Assembly: GCA_051546255.1 (NCBI GenBank)
Contig: CP128820.1
Span: forward strand, 558,001 to 622,000
Source of the DNA: Meyerozyma guilliermondii
Taxonomy: Eukaryota
DNA: 64,000 bases
Direction of reading: 5' to 3'
Notes under the pieces: model-generated
What the model saw: only the letters and a program-made list of their open reading frames with translations
Database searches by the model: none
Told to the model about the DNA's origin: nothing
Position numbers and translations under genes: made by a program
In this document: positions 21,514-33,083 of the stretch, piece after piece
Layout of the letters: each line of letters opens with the position of its first letter
Numbering within the stretch: the first letter of the stretch is position 1

Positions 21514-22097
21514 ACTTGTTGGAAGATATTTCTCGGCAGTGACGACCTGTTGGCGTTACAGATTTCAACTTCCTTCCAAATAATCTCAAAAATTGCAACC
21601 ATTTTTCGGGTTGTAACTTTTGTATACAATAGATGTAAAAACATCAAAAAGAACCAATTTAAATCACAATTTTGTGAATGTCTGGCCACCAGTCATTAAC
21701 TCTGAATATTACATCGAATGGGTTATTATGTTACATTGCTCAATAAGTGGCATAAATTATTACCATAGAAGTACGAAACCAGAAAATTTAGATCAGTGCG
21801 AAAATATTACTTTGAGCAAGATTGAAGGCAAAATCGTGGTATGTATCAAGCATACTGGAACTGACTGACTGGAAGAACCTGAAACACACATTAGCCCAAT
21901 ATAATCTTGGAACAAAATCTGAGTGTTAAAATTTGGATTCTCAGAGAATATGCAAAAATTGAAAATTTGAGATAAATCAAAGTCACAAAAAAAGCTCACC
22001 TATACAGCTTTAAAATTCGGCTAGCTAACCAATTAACACCAAATTCTAAGGCCAAAAAGAAAGAACAAACCTAGTTTTGTTTTGATCCAAAAAATAA

Positions 22098-22180
22098 TGA
22101 CTCCGACGCGATTCGAACGCGTGCATCTTTACGATAACAGAACTTGAGTCTGCCGCCTTAAACCACTCGGCCACAGAGCC
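22098..22180 (-). tRNA. tRNA-Leu(CAA), identical second copy
   Basis: Identical 83 nt to 21431-21513, with a T6 terminator downstream. Confidence 0.95.
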
Positions 22181-22950
22181 ACTTGATAGGAGTTGACCGT
22201 CCGCAACTTCTATGTTCCGTCACCCTGAAACCTGTCAATTGATTAATTGTTTTTAGTGCGGCCATTTCCGTATCCGTCCGGTCGCACCCGACCAGGTCAT
22301 CTGCCACCAATATTTATCGCCATATGTGTTTGCCCAAAATCCACCATCCACCAGCCAAAAACTATATATTGCTGCACTCGAGCTTTCCATACTTTCCCCA
22401 TTGTCTTTTTTGCAATCGTCCTTCACCAGCTGGCCGAGTCACCACTTTGAGTAGCGCGCTCCTGCAGATAACCCCGTCACAAATGTGCTCCCCGAATTCA
22501 AAATTTCCCCATACAGTGTACTAATCGAACGGGTCGATTGCTGGCCTAAACAAAACCAAATAGACCAGCGCGTTTGCGAACATTGTAAACACTCATTGTC
22601 CTAGACAAGCACCCAATAACTAGGGTTCCACAACTCAAAAACCTGGCCAATCCGCATCCCGAACCGACTCGGAGTTGCGTTGTTGAGGTCATAATTGGCA
22701 TATTTGTAGCACAATCAACCGTTGTTCCATCACTTTTACAATCTACGAGGGGTTGTGTCTCCACTGGAGTTTCGTGTTGCGAATTTTCGAGTCAAAACCT
22801 ACTATTTTTCCTGGCAATCTCATCCACCACTTCATAAGGATACACCAGTATAATCAGCATATTATCCGTCTTTAGCCCACTACCAAAGTCTACCAGCATA
22901 TACTCGCGGCCGTGAAGCTTTAGTATCATTGGCTACAAACTCAAATTATC

Positions 22951-24951
22951 ATGTCGTCAACCAAAAATCTAGGTGATGTCTTCATGGGGGGTGCCACCAC
23001 CTCGCAGCACGTGGATGCCGAAGACGATCAGCACTTTGAAGATACTACGTTTCGGTTGAAGCGGACACGCTCGTTGGGCGTACTAGACGAATTTATCCCC
23101 GATAAGGACAAGGACGACGAACCAAAGGTTTCTGATTCTTTGAAAGACCGACAGAATCCTGAACAAACTGATGATAAAGACGACACTAGTGCACTAGACG
23201 ATACCAACGATGAGCCTGGAACCATCACCAGTCCCGATATGTTGCCCTTTGATGATACGGATATAAGTCTGGAACCGTCTCGCCATGTGGATTATCTTTC
23301 GCATAAATGGGACATGTCGGACATTTCCAAATCCTGGCGGTACGTCATACGAAAGCGACCATACGTTCCCAACGCTGCTCGACTTGAGAATGCTAGCTGG
23401 AGAACGTGGGCTCAGCGCCGTGGAAACCTCAAGACTATTAGTCCTGAAGTGGTCAATTGGTCTAAGGATAGCGACGTTACGTGGTTATACGGACCAATTC
23501 TAAAAGATGAGGAAAACGACGCACCCAGTGACGAGGACAACCATCGAGCCGCGACAACAGCCACATCTGCCGTGGCTGGCGACATCTCGTTGCCCAGCAA
23601 ATCGAAAAGTCCCAAGCCGATTTTGAAGCGTAGAACCGTCCAAGATATGATGATTAGTCACGCCAACCTTATGAAGCTCCAAAAAGCCACCAGTCGCATG
23701 CACGAGAGACAACTAGCGGGCCACCGGGCTGCGGCTGCGGCTGATGGTGCTGGTGCTTCGGAGACTCGAGGCAACGAAGTTCCAGAGTTTGATGACTACG
23801 ACGCCATTTCCGCCAAATTGAACTCGCAATACTTCATGCCCACAGCTGCCACCTCCAGCTTTGTGAGCGTGGACAAGTACCTGGACCTTGCTCCGTCGTC
23901 GGCAGACCCCACTCCAGATCCCAAAGAGCGACGCATTCATTTCAATAATGAGGTCCAACAGTGCATTGCTGTCGACCACATATCTTCCGACGAGTACGAC
24001 TCGGACGACTACGACTACAACGAGGAATTGGGCGAAGACTACGTCTACGAGGACCAGCAACACGAAGACGACGAAGAGGAGGAAGAATCGGACGAGGACG
24101 ACGGGTTCGTTTTTTCTGTGCGGTCTCCTTCTTCTGGTGTTTCAATTCCAGGACTTCCAGTTCCTCCACTTTCGAGCTCAGAAATCGGAGGCTCGTCGTC
24201 GTCTGTCTCTGAGTCGGTGTCGACGTCGCAAAGCTACAGGACAATTCATCTACTTCCTTCCACCACCCTCAACTTGGGTTCTTCTGACGAAGAGAGCGAC
24301 GACGAAAATCCTTATACTCTGAGCCAATCGCACAACAGCACCAGTCGTGGCTACGATTATTATTACGACTACAATTCCGTTTATACCGTGGATCCCAATC
24401 ATGCTATCTATGGTAGAAAAACCCCAGATGTTATCGATGTTCCTGAAAATATTGCCATGGGTTCCAACGTTGACTACAAGACAATCGAGGACGATGGTGC
24501 GCTAGGGAAACCGGAAACTACTGCTGTGGCTGATAGCACTGTCAACGAGTCACTAAGTGCAAATGATAGTGAAAACAGTCGCATACCACTTACAACGGAT
24601 AACTCAGTTAAAGAATCTCCATTTGCTGGTTCCGACTCCGAAGACGACTCAGACTCGGATTCGGATGACGGACTCTCGATTTCCACCAGAAGGTCAAGCC
24701 ATTCTTTGGCCCAACAGGTGTTCAACCGTACCACTCCGCACTCAGAACGAGATCAGGAACAACACCTGTACCCCATTGCTGAACCTACTCCAGTACGTGC
24801 GATCAATCCGAGCCATTCGCTGACTTCGCTTTCGAAACAACCGCCCTCATCTGGCCTGCTCTCACTGCTGTTTTTTGGATCTGGAACGGCTGGCGTCGAT
24901 AAGCTGTTGTCGTCGCTGTTTTTAGGAACAGACAAACAGAATACCCATTAG
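22951..24951 (+). CDS. REG1: Glc7/PP1 regulatory subunit Reg1-like
   Basis: PSRHVDYLSH…RLENASWRTW…VNWSKDSDVTWLYGP (DUF1752-type region), KPILKRR, and the PP1-docking RRIHFNNEVQQC. Confidence 0.88.
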   Translation: MSSTKNLGDVFMGGATTSQHVDAEDDQHFEDTTFRLKRTRSLGVLDEFIPDKDKDDEPKVSDSLKDRQNPEQTDDKDDTSALDDTNDEPGTITSPDMLPFDDTDISLEPSRHVDYLSHKWDMSDISKSWRYVIRKRPYVPNAARLENASWRTWAQRRGNLKTISPEVVNWSKDSDVTWLYGPILKDEENDAPSDEDNHRAATTATSAVAGDISLPSKSKSPKPILKRRTVQDMMISHANLMKLQKATSRMHERQLAGHRAAAAADGAGASETRGNEVPEFDDYDAISAKLNSQYFMPTAATSSFVSVDKYLDLAPSSADPTPDPKERRIHFNNEVQQCIAVDHISSDEYDSDDYDYNEELGEDYVYEDQQHEDDEEEEESDEDDGFVFSVRSPSSGVSIPGLPVPPLSSSEIGGSSSSVSESVSTSQSYRTIHLLPSTTLNLGSSDEESDDENPYTLSQSHNSTSRGYDYYYDYNSVYTVDPNHAIYGRKTPDVIDVPENIAMGSNVDYKTIEDDGALGKPETTAVADSTVNESLSANDSENSRIPLTTDNSVKESPFAGSDSEDDSDSDSDDGLSISTRRSSHSLAQQVFNRTTPHSERDQEQHLYPIAEPTPVRAINPSHSLTSLSKQPPSSGLLSLLFFGSGTAGVDKLLSSLFLGTDKQNTH

Positions 24952-25543
24952 AGAAGACTAGCAGAAGGAGCCTGGTCGTAGAGCAAAAATTCTTTATGAG
25001 AAAGCTAAAGGCTAGTGAAGAGATTCTTATGAGAGGATAGATCCTGAGAAAAGAGACTCGTAAGGAGAGATTCTGAGATTCTGATTGTTACGCGATAAGA
25101 ATCTGCAAGAGATGTAACTGGCACTGAAGCTTATTCCAAATCAGAAATGGATCAAATTACAGGTACACACTCCACCTGTCACCAAGCTTATTACAAACTG
25201 ACACACATAGCTGGTTGTACATAAAACTGTGTATATACATAGATTAACCATCCACCTCTTTTTCCTGCACACGCGCAGCAACAGTTGATAAGATGCGAAG
25301 TGATTGAAACTGAGAAGAACAGCTACTTGTGGCAAATATTAGATTGTTGAGTAATTACTATACAGATTGTGTTTTTGCATATTCTTGTACTATCAGTCAT
25401 CCAGAAGCCATTGCGATCCTATAAGGTTATTCAAATAAGGTTGTTTGCTTGCAATTTAGCCATTTCTTTGAATTAGCTACTTCCCCAGACAAATAACCAG
25501 CAATTTTAATCCAGCAAAAATTACAGTTTTTCACAAAACCAAG

Positions 25544-26287
25544 ATGCTGGAAAGCGGCGGAGGCAAGTGTGAACTTGTGGGTACGTTTTCGCTAGTCACA
25601 CAAGCAGTTTTGGGACTTTTATGTCTTTCATCGTTGCTAATAAAGAGGTTTTATGAGTATCCTATACGACGGACGTGGCCCGTATGGGCGTTTGATGTGT
25701 CCAAGCAACTTATTGGAGCACTAGGGGTCCATGTTTTCAATGTTTTGCTCTCCATCATCAAAACACTGCCGGGAATGTTCACCATCTTCATCAGAAAGAA
25801 CCCACCAGAAGACGAAGATGATCCTTGTGACTGGTACTTTCTCAATATTGTGTTTGATTGCACCATAGGAGTTTACATTCTCTACCTTGTGTTCCAGGGA
25901 GTGAACAAAGTTGCCACAAAGTACCTTCACATAACCCATATTGAGTCGGGAGAATACGGACCAGATCCACGACGGCCGTCGTTCCGAGCCTACGCCAAGC
26001 AGCTTGGGATATACTTTCTCTCTCTCATGATCACAAAATTCATTTTATATGGAATTGTTGAGTGCTTTGAAACCCAGCTTCTATGGATCACCAGCCACGT
26101 TTTGCTAGTGTGGCTAGACGAATACCCGGATGAATTTGAAATTTTTGTGGTGATGTTCATCGTGCCGATCGTATTGAACTGTCTTCAGCTCATTCTCATC
26201 GACAACTTTATCCAGGACCAAGCTATTCACAGAACAAACGAACGAGAACCGCTCCATCCAAATAACAAGCCGTACGGAAGTACATAG
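25544..26287 (+). CDS. Vacuolar membrane protein, YPL162C/STIMATE family
   Basis: KR…E…RRTWPVWAFDVSKQ, DPCDWYFLNIVFDCTIG and SGEYG, with multiple TM helices. Confidence 0.85.
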   Translation: MLESGGGKCELVGTFSLVTQAVLGLLCLSSLLIKRFYEYPIRRTWPVWAFDVSKQLIGALGVHVFNVLLSIIKTLPGMFTIFIRKNPPEDEDDPCDWYFLNIVFDCTIGVYILYLVFQGVNKVATKYLHITHIESGEYGPDPRRPSFRAYAKQLGIYFLSLMITKFILYGIVECFETQLLWITSHVLLVWLDEYPDEFEIFVVMFIVPIVLNCLQLILIDNFIQDQAIHRTNEREPLHPNNKPYGST

Positions 26288-26377
26288 AAATGGGTTAGCT
26301 ACGAGGAAGCTAAATGAATGCTGAATGTGAAGACCGAATTATGGATATCACACCTATGTGTTCATATTTATCTTCTA

Positions 26378-26485
26378 AAGTATTCACATAATTCATTTCA
26401 TGAGCAAGTATTCACATAATTCATTTCATGAGCAAGTATTCACATAATTCATTTCATGAGCAAGTATTCACATAATTCATTTCAT
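26378..26485. repeat. 28-bp minisatellite, about 3.9 copies (aagtattcacataattcatttcatgagc)
   Basis: Exact units start at 26378, 26406 and 26434, with a partial unit at 26462. Confidence 0.92.
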
Positions 26486-26900
26486 CAACAAGTAGTACAT
26501 TTATTCACATTTATTCACATTCATTTCTTCCTTTTCTCTATCAGATTCATTTTCATCTTTCTTCAGTTATCTATGACTATTTACAGCAAACCACTATTTA
26601 CAATCTCCATCTATCTGGTTTCAAATCCGAAACCTTTCATACACTGTTTGTACTGAGCAATCAATTCATTGCATTTTCCCGACTCTTGGCCATTGAAAAG
26701 AAGACACTCGTCACGCTTCTTCTTCTCTTCCAAGCACACACAGCATGGTTTTGGTTTCTCTTGTTTGTCTGACATGGTGAAGAAAGAAATGAAGCTTACT
26801 CAGCTGGAAATTCTCAGCTAGAAATTGCTCGCTCGCACCTGCACAAAGCAGCACCGATTCCCAAATCCTACATTCGCGATCGATTCTCACGTGTAGAACC

Positions 26901-29900
26901 ATGTCGGATGTGGCTTCAAATAGGCCGTCCATAGGGAGTTTGGACGCCAATGACGACCTAAACGACGACTTGGCGTCGGAGTCAGCATACCTGTCTTTTT
27001 CGTCTCAGCCAAAACAAACCAGAAGTGGCTCTTTTAGAAACAGCATCGACGCCGACAGTAGCTTTCTGTCGTCAGCATTTTTACACGCTTATAACCACGA
27101 AGATGTGGACGGGAACTCGCCATTGGGACCCAATTGCATCTATGACTTGACGTATGGGTCAGACCAAGCTCGAGCAAGCAGAAATAGAACTCCGAAGACG
27201 TCGGTCACCATCAACGGAGGCTCCACCACGGTGGTCAATTTGCGGACGCCAACGTCTCGCGACATCAAACAAATCCAATTGCTGAAGCTCAAAGCCAAAC
27301 CAAAGGATTCCGAGCTCCAGGAGTACTTGAAGCTTGAAAAAGACTACAATACGTTTGAGCTGAGCTACAATTCTCTCACAGAAGATTCGTTACAATTGCT
27401 TGCGGGGATCTCCAACGACAAAGACTTGAAAAACACAACCGACCACATATCCAAAATCCCCCAGGTGTTCCGAGAGTCGGAATTTCAGCTCGACAACCCT
27501 CGGGTGTTCCGCCAGGTGATCGGCGATTCCGGCGTGGTGGACATTGAGGAGTCGTCCGGCTTCATCGATAACTCGGATCTCCAGAACAAGCTCTCTCATT
27601 ACTTGGATATCGTCGAGATCAATCTCGTCAAGGAAATCTCGTCGGCTTCCAACTCGTTTTTCAGCACCATCGGCGATATTCAAGACATCCACACCCAGTT
27701 CAACACCAGTACGGCTCAGTTTCGAACCATTGTCGAGAAGCTCGAGCAGCTAGAATCCGAACAGGCACATTTGGGCGCTAGTATAGTCGACAAAATCATT
27801 CGGCGCCGCAACGTGGAGCGCTTGGAGCTGTTGGTTCTTCAGGTTCAACTAGTCACAAAAATTCTCAATGTGGCCCAAAACGACTACAGAATGGGCCAGC
27901 ACGCCCAATGCTTGGAAAGAGTGGCTGAAATTGAAAAATTGATCACTGCAAGCTCTCAGCTGGAATACAGTGCCGTTTTCCCCCATCCTCTTGTGCCATT
28001 GACAGACCTAGCAGGACTAGGTTACGTTAATCACCAGCTCCACGAACTCAAAGCCGAGTGCTCGCGAGGATTTGTAGACCGTTTTGTGGAAATCTTAATG
28101 GTGGATCTTCGTGACCACTACTTGAAGGTACCACAAGATGATACCTACGAGCGGATTTCACTGTCCATCAGCTCGAAACGGACTCAGCGGCCAATAAACA
28201 GATCGTACCAAGTCTTGGACGAAACCACAAAACAGCAGTTGAAACAATATGTTCAAATTCTTTCGAAATCGGGCTACTTGGTCGATGCGTTCACGCAGTA
28301 CCAGGCTAAAGTTGTGGTCGAAATCAAGGATATCATCAAGGAAAAGCTTCCCACTAAAAACGACAACACTCCAAGCGACTCAACCGCACCTTCAAGAGCA
28401 TCGTCTGTGCCTCCAGAAAACAGCAACACATCGAGCAGTTTATCGTCGTATCTTCGCTCGATGTCAGAAGAAGAGTTCGAGCTGATGTTGCGTACAGTTT
28501 TTGCAAACTTGTCTGAGTGTCTTCGAAGGCTTTCTGCTCACCAGAAAGTACTCTTAGATCTAGCGTTGACGGCTATGCCTCCGGATACAACTTCGAGCTT
28601 TGACGTAACCACTTTCGACATCACTTCGACCATCAACAAGTCGATTGAACTCACGCAAATACGAATGGCCAAGGTGATCAACGTGCGTTCTGAACAACTT
28701 GCGGACCTCAGCCTGGAAAGATACTTTAGATTTTACGGCTTGACTTCGGCATATTTACAGGAATGCGAGCTTATCAACCCTGGATATGTTGCCAGTAATG
28801 CTGGAAGTTCTCTCAACGAATGGATAAAGAACCACACAACTTATTTTGTGCATCGGTTTCATCTGAACACTTTGAGAGCCTTGATAACCGAGTGCGACAA
28901 GGACCAATGGAAAGAAGTCACAGCCTCTGGAACTCTTAGTCAAACTCAAGACTTGGTCAATGAGTTGATTGAACATGCCAAATACGTCGAGCTGGACGGT
29001 GCAAATGGCTTTTCGGGTAAAACCTGGTTGCAAGCTCTTAGCGTTGTTCCAGAGCCGAGCGAAACAAGCCAAAAAATCCGGGAAGATATCACCAAGATAG
29101 AAATAGGAAAGGAGTCGTTTTTCGTCCCAGACTTGGCCTGTTCTTCCATCAAACACATCCGGGATTATCTCGCTATCCAAAAGGCATTTTCGAGCAGAAA
29201 CAACACCGTTGAAAATAACCTTCTAAATTACTTCAAATTGATGAACTCCCGGGCTTCCCAGGCAGTGCTAAATGCGGGAGCCACCAGAACTGCTGGTCTC
29301 AAGCACATCAAAACCAAGCACCTTGCAGTATGCCTTCAATTCATCGAGTACAATATTGCATTATTGGAAGCTTGCGAGCCACTTTTCCAACGCAGCAGAG
29401 CGCTGTCACAACCTCCAAATACCGATGAACTCACTTACGAAAGGGTTCTTGGGAATTACAAAGACCACGAAAATGAACTATTTTCGAAACTCGTTTCTAT
29501 CATGCACGACAGAACTCTCAACCATTGTGCTGCAATTGTCAAAATCAACTGGGCAGAGCCTCTAAAATCTCCTCAACAGTGCCATTCATACATGGAGACA
29601 TTGGTTAAGGAAACCTTAATCGTTGCCAAAGCACTTTCCAAATACCTTCCGGAAATCAAATATTCCTTCGTCATGCTGCAAATTTTCGACAACTACAAAA
29701 AACTATTGGTTGACTGTTATTGCACCAAGTTGCCTCAGTTCAAAGACTTCAACGAAAAGCATTCTTTGCTCAAGGATATTGACTACTTTCGTGTGAAAAT
29801 GAGTGAGTTGTCTGGGTATGGAAACTCTGGACAAGTAATATGGGAGAACGTCAACTCGTTACCAACTATCGAAGATACCCACATGGACGAGATAATGAAG

Positions 29901-30008
29901 CACAACATAGAGGGTGAACACCGACCACAATCGGCAGAACCAGTTGCTGAAAAGAAAGTATCCAATGAGGAATTGTTCGATGTATCTAAGGAATTGGAAT
30001 ATGAGTAA
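26901..30008 (+). CDS. VPS54: GARP complex subunit Vps54
   Basis: FQLDNPRVF, LQNKLSHYLDIVEINLVKEIS…SFF and LNAGATRTAGLKHIKTKHLA. Confidence 0.92.
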   Translation: MSDVASNRPSIGSLDANDDLNDDLASESAYLSFSSQPKQTRSGSFRNSIDADSSFLSSAFLHAYNHEDVDGNSPLGPNCIYDLTYGSDQARASRNRTPKTSVTINGGSTTVVNLRTPTSRDIKQIQLLKLKAKPKDSELQEYLKLEKDYNTFELSYNSLTEDSLQLLAGISNDKDLKNTTDHISKIPQVFRESEFQLDNPRVFRQVIGDSGVVDIEESSGFIDNSDLQNKLSHYLDIVEINLVKEISSASNSFFSTIGDIQDIHTQFNTSTAQFRTIVEKLEQLESEQAHLGASIVDKIIRRRNVERLELLVLQVQLVTKILNVAQNDYRMGQHAQCLERVAEIEKLITASSQLEYSAVFPHPLVPLTDLAGLGYVNHQLHELKAECSRGFVDRFVEILMVDLRDHYLKVPQDDTYERISLSISSKRTQRPINRSYQVLDETTKQQLKQYVQILSKSGYLVDAFTQYQAKVVVEIKDIIKEKLPTKNDNTPSDSTAPSRASSVPPENSNTSSSLSSYLRSMSEEEFELMLRTVFANLSECLRRLSAHQKVLLDLALTAMPPDTTSSFDVTTFDITSTINKSIELTQIRMAKVINVRSEQLADLSLERYFRFYGLTSAYLQECELINPGYVASNAGSSLNEWIKNHTTYFVHRFHLNTLRALITECDKDQWKEVTASGTLSQTQDLVNELIEHAKYVELDGANGFSGKTWLQALSVVPEPSETSQKIREDITKIEIGKESFFVPDLACSSIKHIRDYLAIQKAFSSRNNTVENNLLNYFKLMNSRASQAVLNAGATRTAGLKHIKTKHLAVCLQFIEYNIALLEACEPLFQRSRALSQPPNTDELTYERVLGNYKDHENELFSKLVSIMHDRTLNHCAAIVKINWAEPLKSPQQCHSYMETLVKETLIVAKALSKYLPEIKYSFVMLQIFDNYKKLLVDCYCTKLPQFKDFNEKHSLLKDIDYFRVKMSELSGYGNSGQVIWENVNSLPTIEDTHMDEIMKHNIEGEHRPQSAEPVAEKKVSNEELFDVSKELEYE

Positions 30009-30148
30009 ACCTATAGATTAGAGATGATAGTTTCCTCGTGGTCTTTTGTGTAAACCTATAGATTAGAGATGATAGTTTCCTCGTGGTCTTTTGTGTAAAC
30101 CTATAGATTAGAGATGATAGTTTCCCTCCTTGTCTTTTGCGTAAACCT
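30005..30148. repeat. 45-bp tandem repeat (2 exact units, 1 variant, 1 partial) spanning the VPS54/MRI1 convergent junction
   Basis: gtaaacctatagattagagatgatagtttcctcgtggtcttttgt at 30005 and 30050; 46-bp variant at 30095; partial at 30141. Confidence 0.92.
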
Positions 30149-31280
30149 TCTCTTCGGTAACGATGCTGTCTATGAGTTCATGAGGAGTGACATCAAAAGC
30201 TGGATTCCACACTTGTATGCCTGGTGTTGCAACGCCTACAATCTGCTTTTCTCCAGCTACATCTTTTCGGAGAATAGGTCCCTTTAAAGTAGTGAGCTCG
30301 TTCGCAGGACGCTCTTCGATGATAATGTCATCTCCCGTAGTGGTTTTCAAGTCAATAGTGGTTCTTGGAGCGGCGACTATCATCTTTAAGGAATCCCTTG
30401 GACCCGTGTTTCTCCTGTTGAACGAATCAAAAATAGCGGCGAGCTGGAAAGTTCCAATCTTATTAGCAGTGTCTCCATTCTGGACGATTCTGTCAGCACC
30501 AACAATTGCAAATTTGACGGGAGCAACGATGTCTTTAACCTGTTTCTTATTATGAGTCCGTGATATTAAAGATGTCACCATGTTGTCACATATGAGTGTG
30601 AACGGGATTTTCTCGTACTTCAATTCAAAAGTGGTCAATTTGGCGCCTTGATTATAGGGCCTGGTTTCGCATGGATAAATCTGCTCAAGCCAGAACTTTT
30701 CCTTCGAGTTTTCTTTGCTTAAAGCCTTGTACGCCGACCTCACGATACCGAGAGCAGTTCCGTGTCCGGACGTGGCCAAAGAACCAGTATTGCAATAAGT
30801 TATAATGGAAAACGGACCCTCGAAATTTTGAGACCGCAAACTTTCAACAAGATAGTCGACACCATTCAGACCAATTTTGTGGTTGTTGCTCAAATCGTCG
30901 TCATACAATGCAACAGCAAAGTCGAACACACGTTTATAAACTTCGTCGAGTGATTCGGAATTCCCCAACAAAGCTCTGATTTCATTACAAGCATTTGAAA
31001 GGTTCACAGCCGTCGGCCTTGAGCTCTCCAAGTAGTCAATCTTGGCCGCCAATTCATCAATGGATGAAATATGGCGATTCTTAATCTCTACGACAATTGC
31101 AAACGAACCAACAATTGCGATAGCTGGAGCACCACGGACTTGCATCGACTTTATGGCATCATAAGCATCGTCGACTCCTTCAATATTCAAGTATTCCGTT
31201 GAGTATGGGATCAAGAGCTGATCCAAGATTTGCAAGGTAACGTTTGTGCGGTCAAACTTGATCGCTTCAAGGGTGGTCAT
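30108..31280 (-). CDS. MRI1: Methylthioribose-1-phosphate isomerase
   Basis: [53 protein letters not shown] and [11 protein letters not shown] at 31280. Confidence 0.95.
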   Translation of the reverse strand: MTTLEAIKFDRTNVTLQILDQLLIPYSTEYLNIEGVDDAYDAIKSMQVRGAPAIAIVGSFAIVVEIKNRHISSIDELAAKIDYLESSRPTAVNLSNACNEIRALLGNSESLDEVYKRVFDFAVALYDDDLSNNHKIGLNGVDYLVESLRSQNFEGPFSIITYCNTGSLATSGHGTALGIVRSAYKALSKENSKEKFWLEQIYPCETRPYNQGAKLTTFELKYEKIPFTLICDNMVTSLISRTHNKKQVKDIVAPVKFAIVGADRIVQNGDTANKIGTFQLAAIFDSFNRRNTGPRDSLKMIVAAPRTTIDLKTTTGDDIIIEERPANELTTLKGPILRKDVAGEKQIVGVATPGIQVWNPAFDVTPHELIDSIVTEEKVYAKDKEGNYHL

Positions 31281-31432
31281 TGTCAAGTAGTTGGATCAGT
31301 GATGTCTGGAAAATGTTTTGCGGCTTCCACGTGCGATAGTGTGGCTGCGAAATATGCCAACTACGGCATATATACCATAGTGACATAAAACGAATTACCG
31401 ATAAATACTGTTCTTACACACGTTACCGCCAA

Positions 31433-32773
31433 CTAAAATATCAACCTTCTGATCCCTTCAATTTCCCACTCTTCCTTGAGCGAGTTCCATCTGCACCCAA
31501 GAAGTTTGCGTCCTGTCACGGGACATCGTCCCCCTTTATCCAAGTTGGTAGCTATGGTTTTCGTCTCCAATTTTTCGTCTTCATTGTCTTCGTAGTCCTC
31601 AGCATCACTTTCTTCATAGTCATTGTCAGATCCCGCTTGAGTCAATTTCTGGGTGACAACTTTGTGCGAATTGGCAAGGTAGTTGTGAATGCAAGAATAA
31701 CAAAATACATATCCGGTTTCAATGATGGCAGGATTGGTGATCTCTTCGTGACAGAGGGGGCATGTTCTTTCCGATTTGTATACTTTCTTGGGAGCGTCCG
31801 ACTTCAGTTTGAGACTTCGCGACACTACTGTGGGTGGTGGAATAACCGAGTCAAGCACATTGCCCAGGCTCTTCGAAACCTTGTTACCAAAATCAGAGTT
31901 GTTGTACCATTCCAAAAACTTTAATGTGAAGATGGCAACGGGGAAGAAGGTACCAAGAAGCAATTTCGTCAACTTCCATGACGGACGCAAGAAATTTCGC
32001 GTAAGGAAGCGAAGAATTAATTCAGTTTCGTTTGGTGGCCTAACCTTGTTGTGTTTCTCGTTGAATTTAGGAAGCTTTGGTTTGTTTTTATCATAATCAA
32101 ACTGGTTGAGTCTTGAGTAATTCATCTTGAATAGGTATGTGAGGATGGATGGTGATTTACTGTTCCCACTAAAGTAGAGAAGTGTGGTGATGAAATTTGC
32201 AGCCTTAAAGCCACTTTGAACAGTTGGATACCACTCGACAAACTTACGTTTGAGTTCTGTATGGAGGCGGTCCCTCTGAGAAGTTGGATCTTGTGGTATA
32301 AGCTGGTTAGTGATGTACTTTGGATAAAGTATCTCGTACCAGTAGTTGAATTTCTCCGAAAGATAGGAGACCCCAGTAATTTCAAAAACAGAGACGGCCG
32401 CTTGGAGCGTCGTGAGCATACGGCGTTCTTCTATCATCGATGGAACAATCTGGGTAATCTTACCGCTGTTGTATTTACCATTCGATAATGGAGTCTGACT
32501 GACACGCTTTAAACCGTAAAAATTTTCTGTGAATGTGCCTTGCCAGTACTTGAGAAAATACCATTCAATAAAGCTTCGCAAAACCAAATTGATTTCGTCA
32601 AACCTGTTCGTGATTCGTAACAACCAATACGGGTACCTGCTCGCATAGTAGACCAATATATACCGCAAAGAAGGAGACAAAAGCGCTTCGAGCTGGTTCG
32701 CAGAGATCACCTCAAAAAGCGTGGGTGTCTCTGAGTCCAACTGGGAAGCATCAAGCGACGAGTAGTACTCCAT
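31433..32773 (-). CDS. PEX12: Peroxin Pex12 (RING finger)
   Basis: PTLFEVISA, TFTENFYGLKR, LKFLEWY, C-terminal CPLC…GYVFCYSC…GGRCPVTG and IRRLI. ATG at 32773. Confidence 0.93.
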   Translation of the reverse strand: MEYYSSLDASQLDSETPTLFEVISANQLEALLSPSLRYILVYYASRYPYWLLRITNRFDEINLVLRSFIEWYFLKYWQGTFTENFYGLKRVSQTPLSNGKYNSGKITQIVPSMIEERRMLTTLQAAVSVFEITGVSYLSEKFNYWYEILYPKYITNQLIPQDPTSQRDRLHTELKRKFVEWYPTVQSGFKAANFITTLLYFSGNSKSPSILTYLFKMNYSRLNQFDYDKNKPKLPKFNEKHNKVRPPNETELILRFLTRNFLRPSWKLTKLLLGTFFPVAIFTLKFLEWYNNSDFGNKVSKSLGNVLDSVIPPPTVVSRSLKLKSDAPKKVYKSERTCPLCHEEITNPAIIETGYVFCYSCIHNYLANSHKVVTQKLTQAGSDNDYEESDAEDYEDNEDEKLETKTIATNLDKGGRCPVTGRKLLGCRWNSLKEEWEIEGIRRLIF

Positions 32774-33083
32774 GGTTACCAGAAATGCTTCAAAGTTTTT
32801 AATGCCTGACGGTCTTGCGACTCCACATTTCAGCCTCGGTCGCGAGGTACGGCATATAAGATACACTGACCTTTTGGTTGCAAATGGTGAATACGAAATA
32901 TGTGCGGTATATAGCTTGAAAAACGAGAATGAGGTTGTATATTGACCAGTTTTTACTTGCTGACAGATTTATATGTTGAAAAGCAAAACTTTCGGAGGGA
33001 AAAAGGCGCGGTTTTATAGTTTTTGGAGATGCGTAAATTGGCTGCCATGGTTGCAAATAATTGGTATATAAAGGGACGGAATT

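Noticed and set aside
21514..22097. Possible solo LTR between the tRNA genes
   Set aside because: No clear TG…CA boundaries with a target-site duplication could be identified by eye.
22841..22850. TACACCAGTA (and CAGTACACCAG at 38386-38396) resembling a telomeric repeat or telomerase template
   Set aside because: Only 10-11 nt and lying within about 110 bp of a downstream ATG, leaving no room for a telomerase RNA; no Sm site or pseudoknot seen.
26378..30148. Direct repeats as possible CRISPR arrays
   Set aside because: Head-to-tail units with no unique spacers, eukaryotic DNA, no cas genes.
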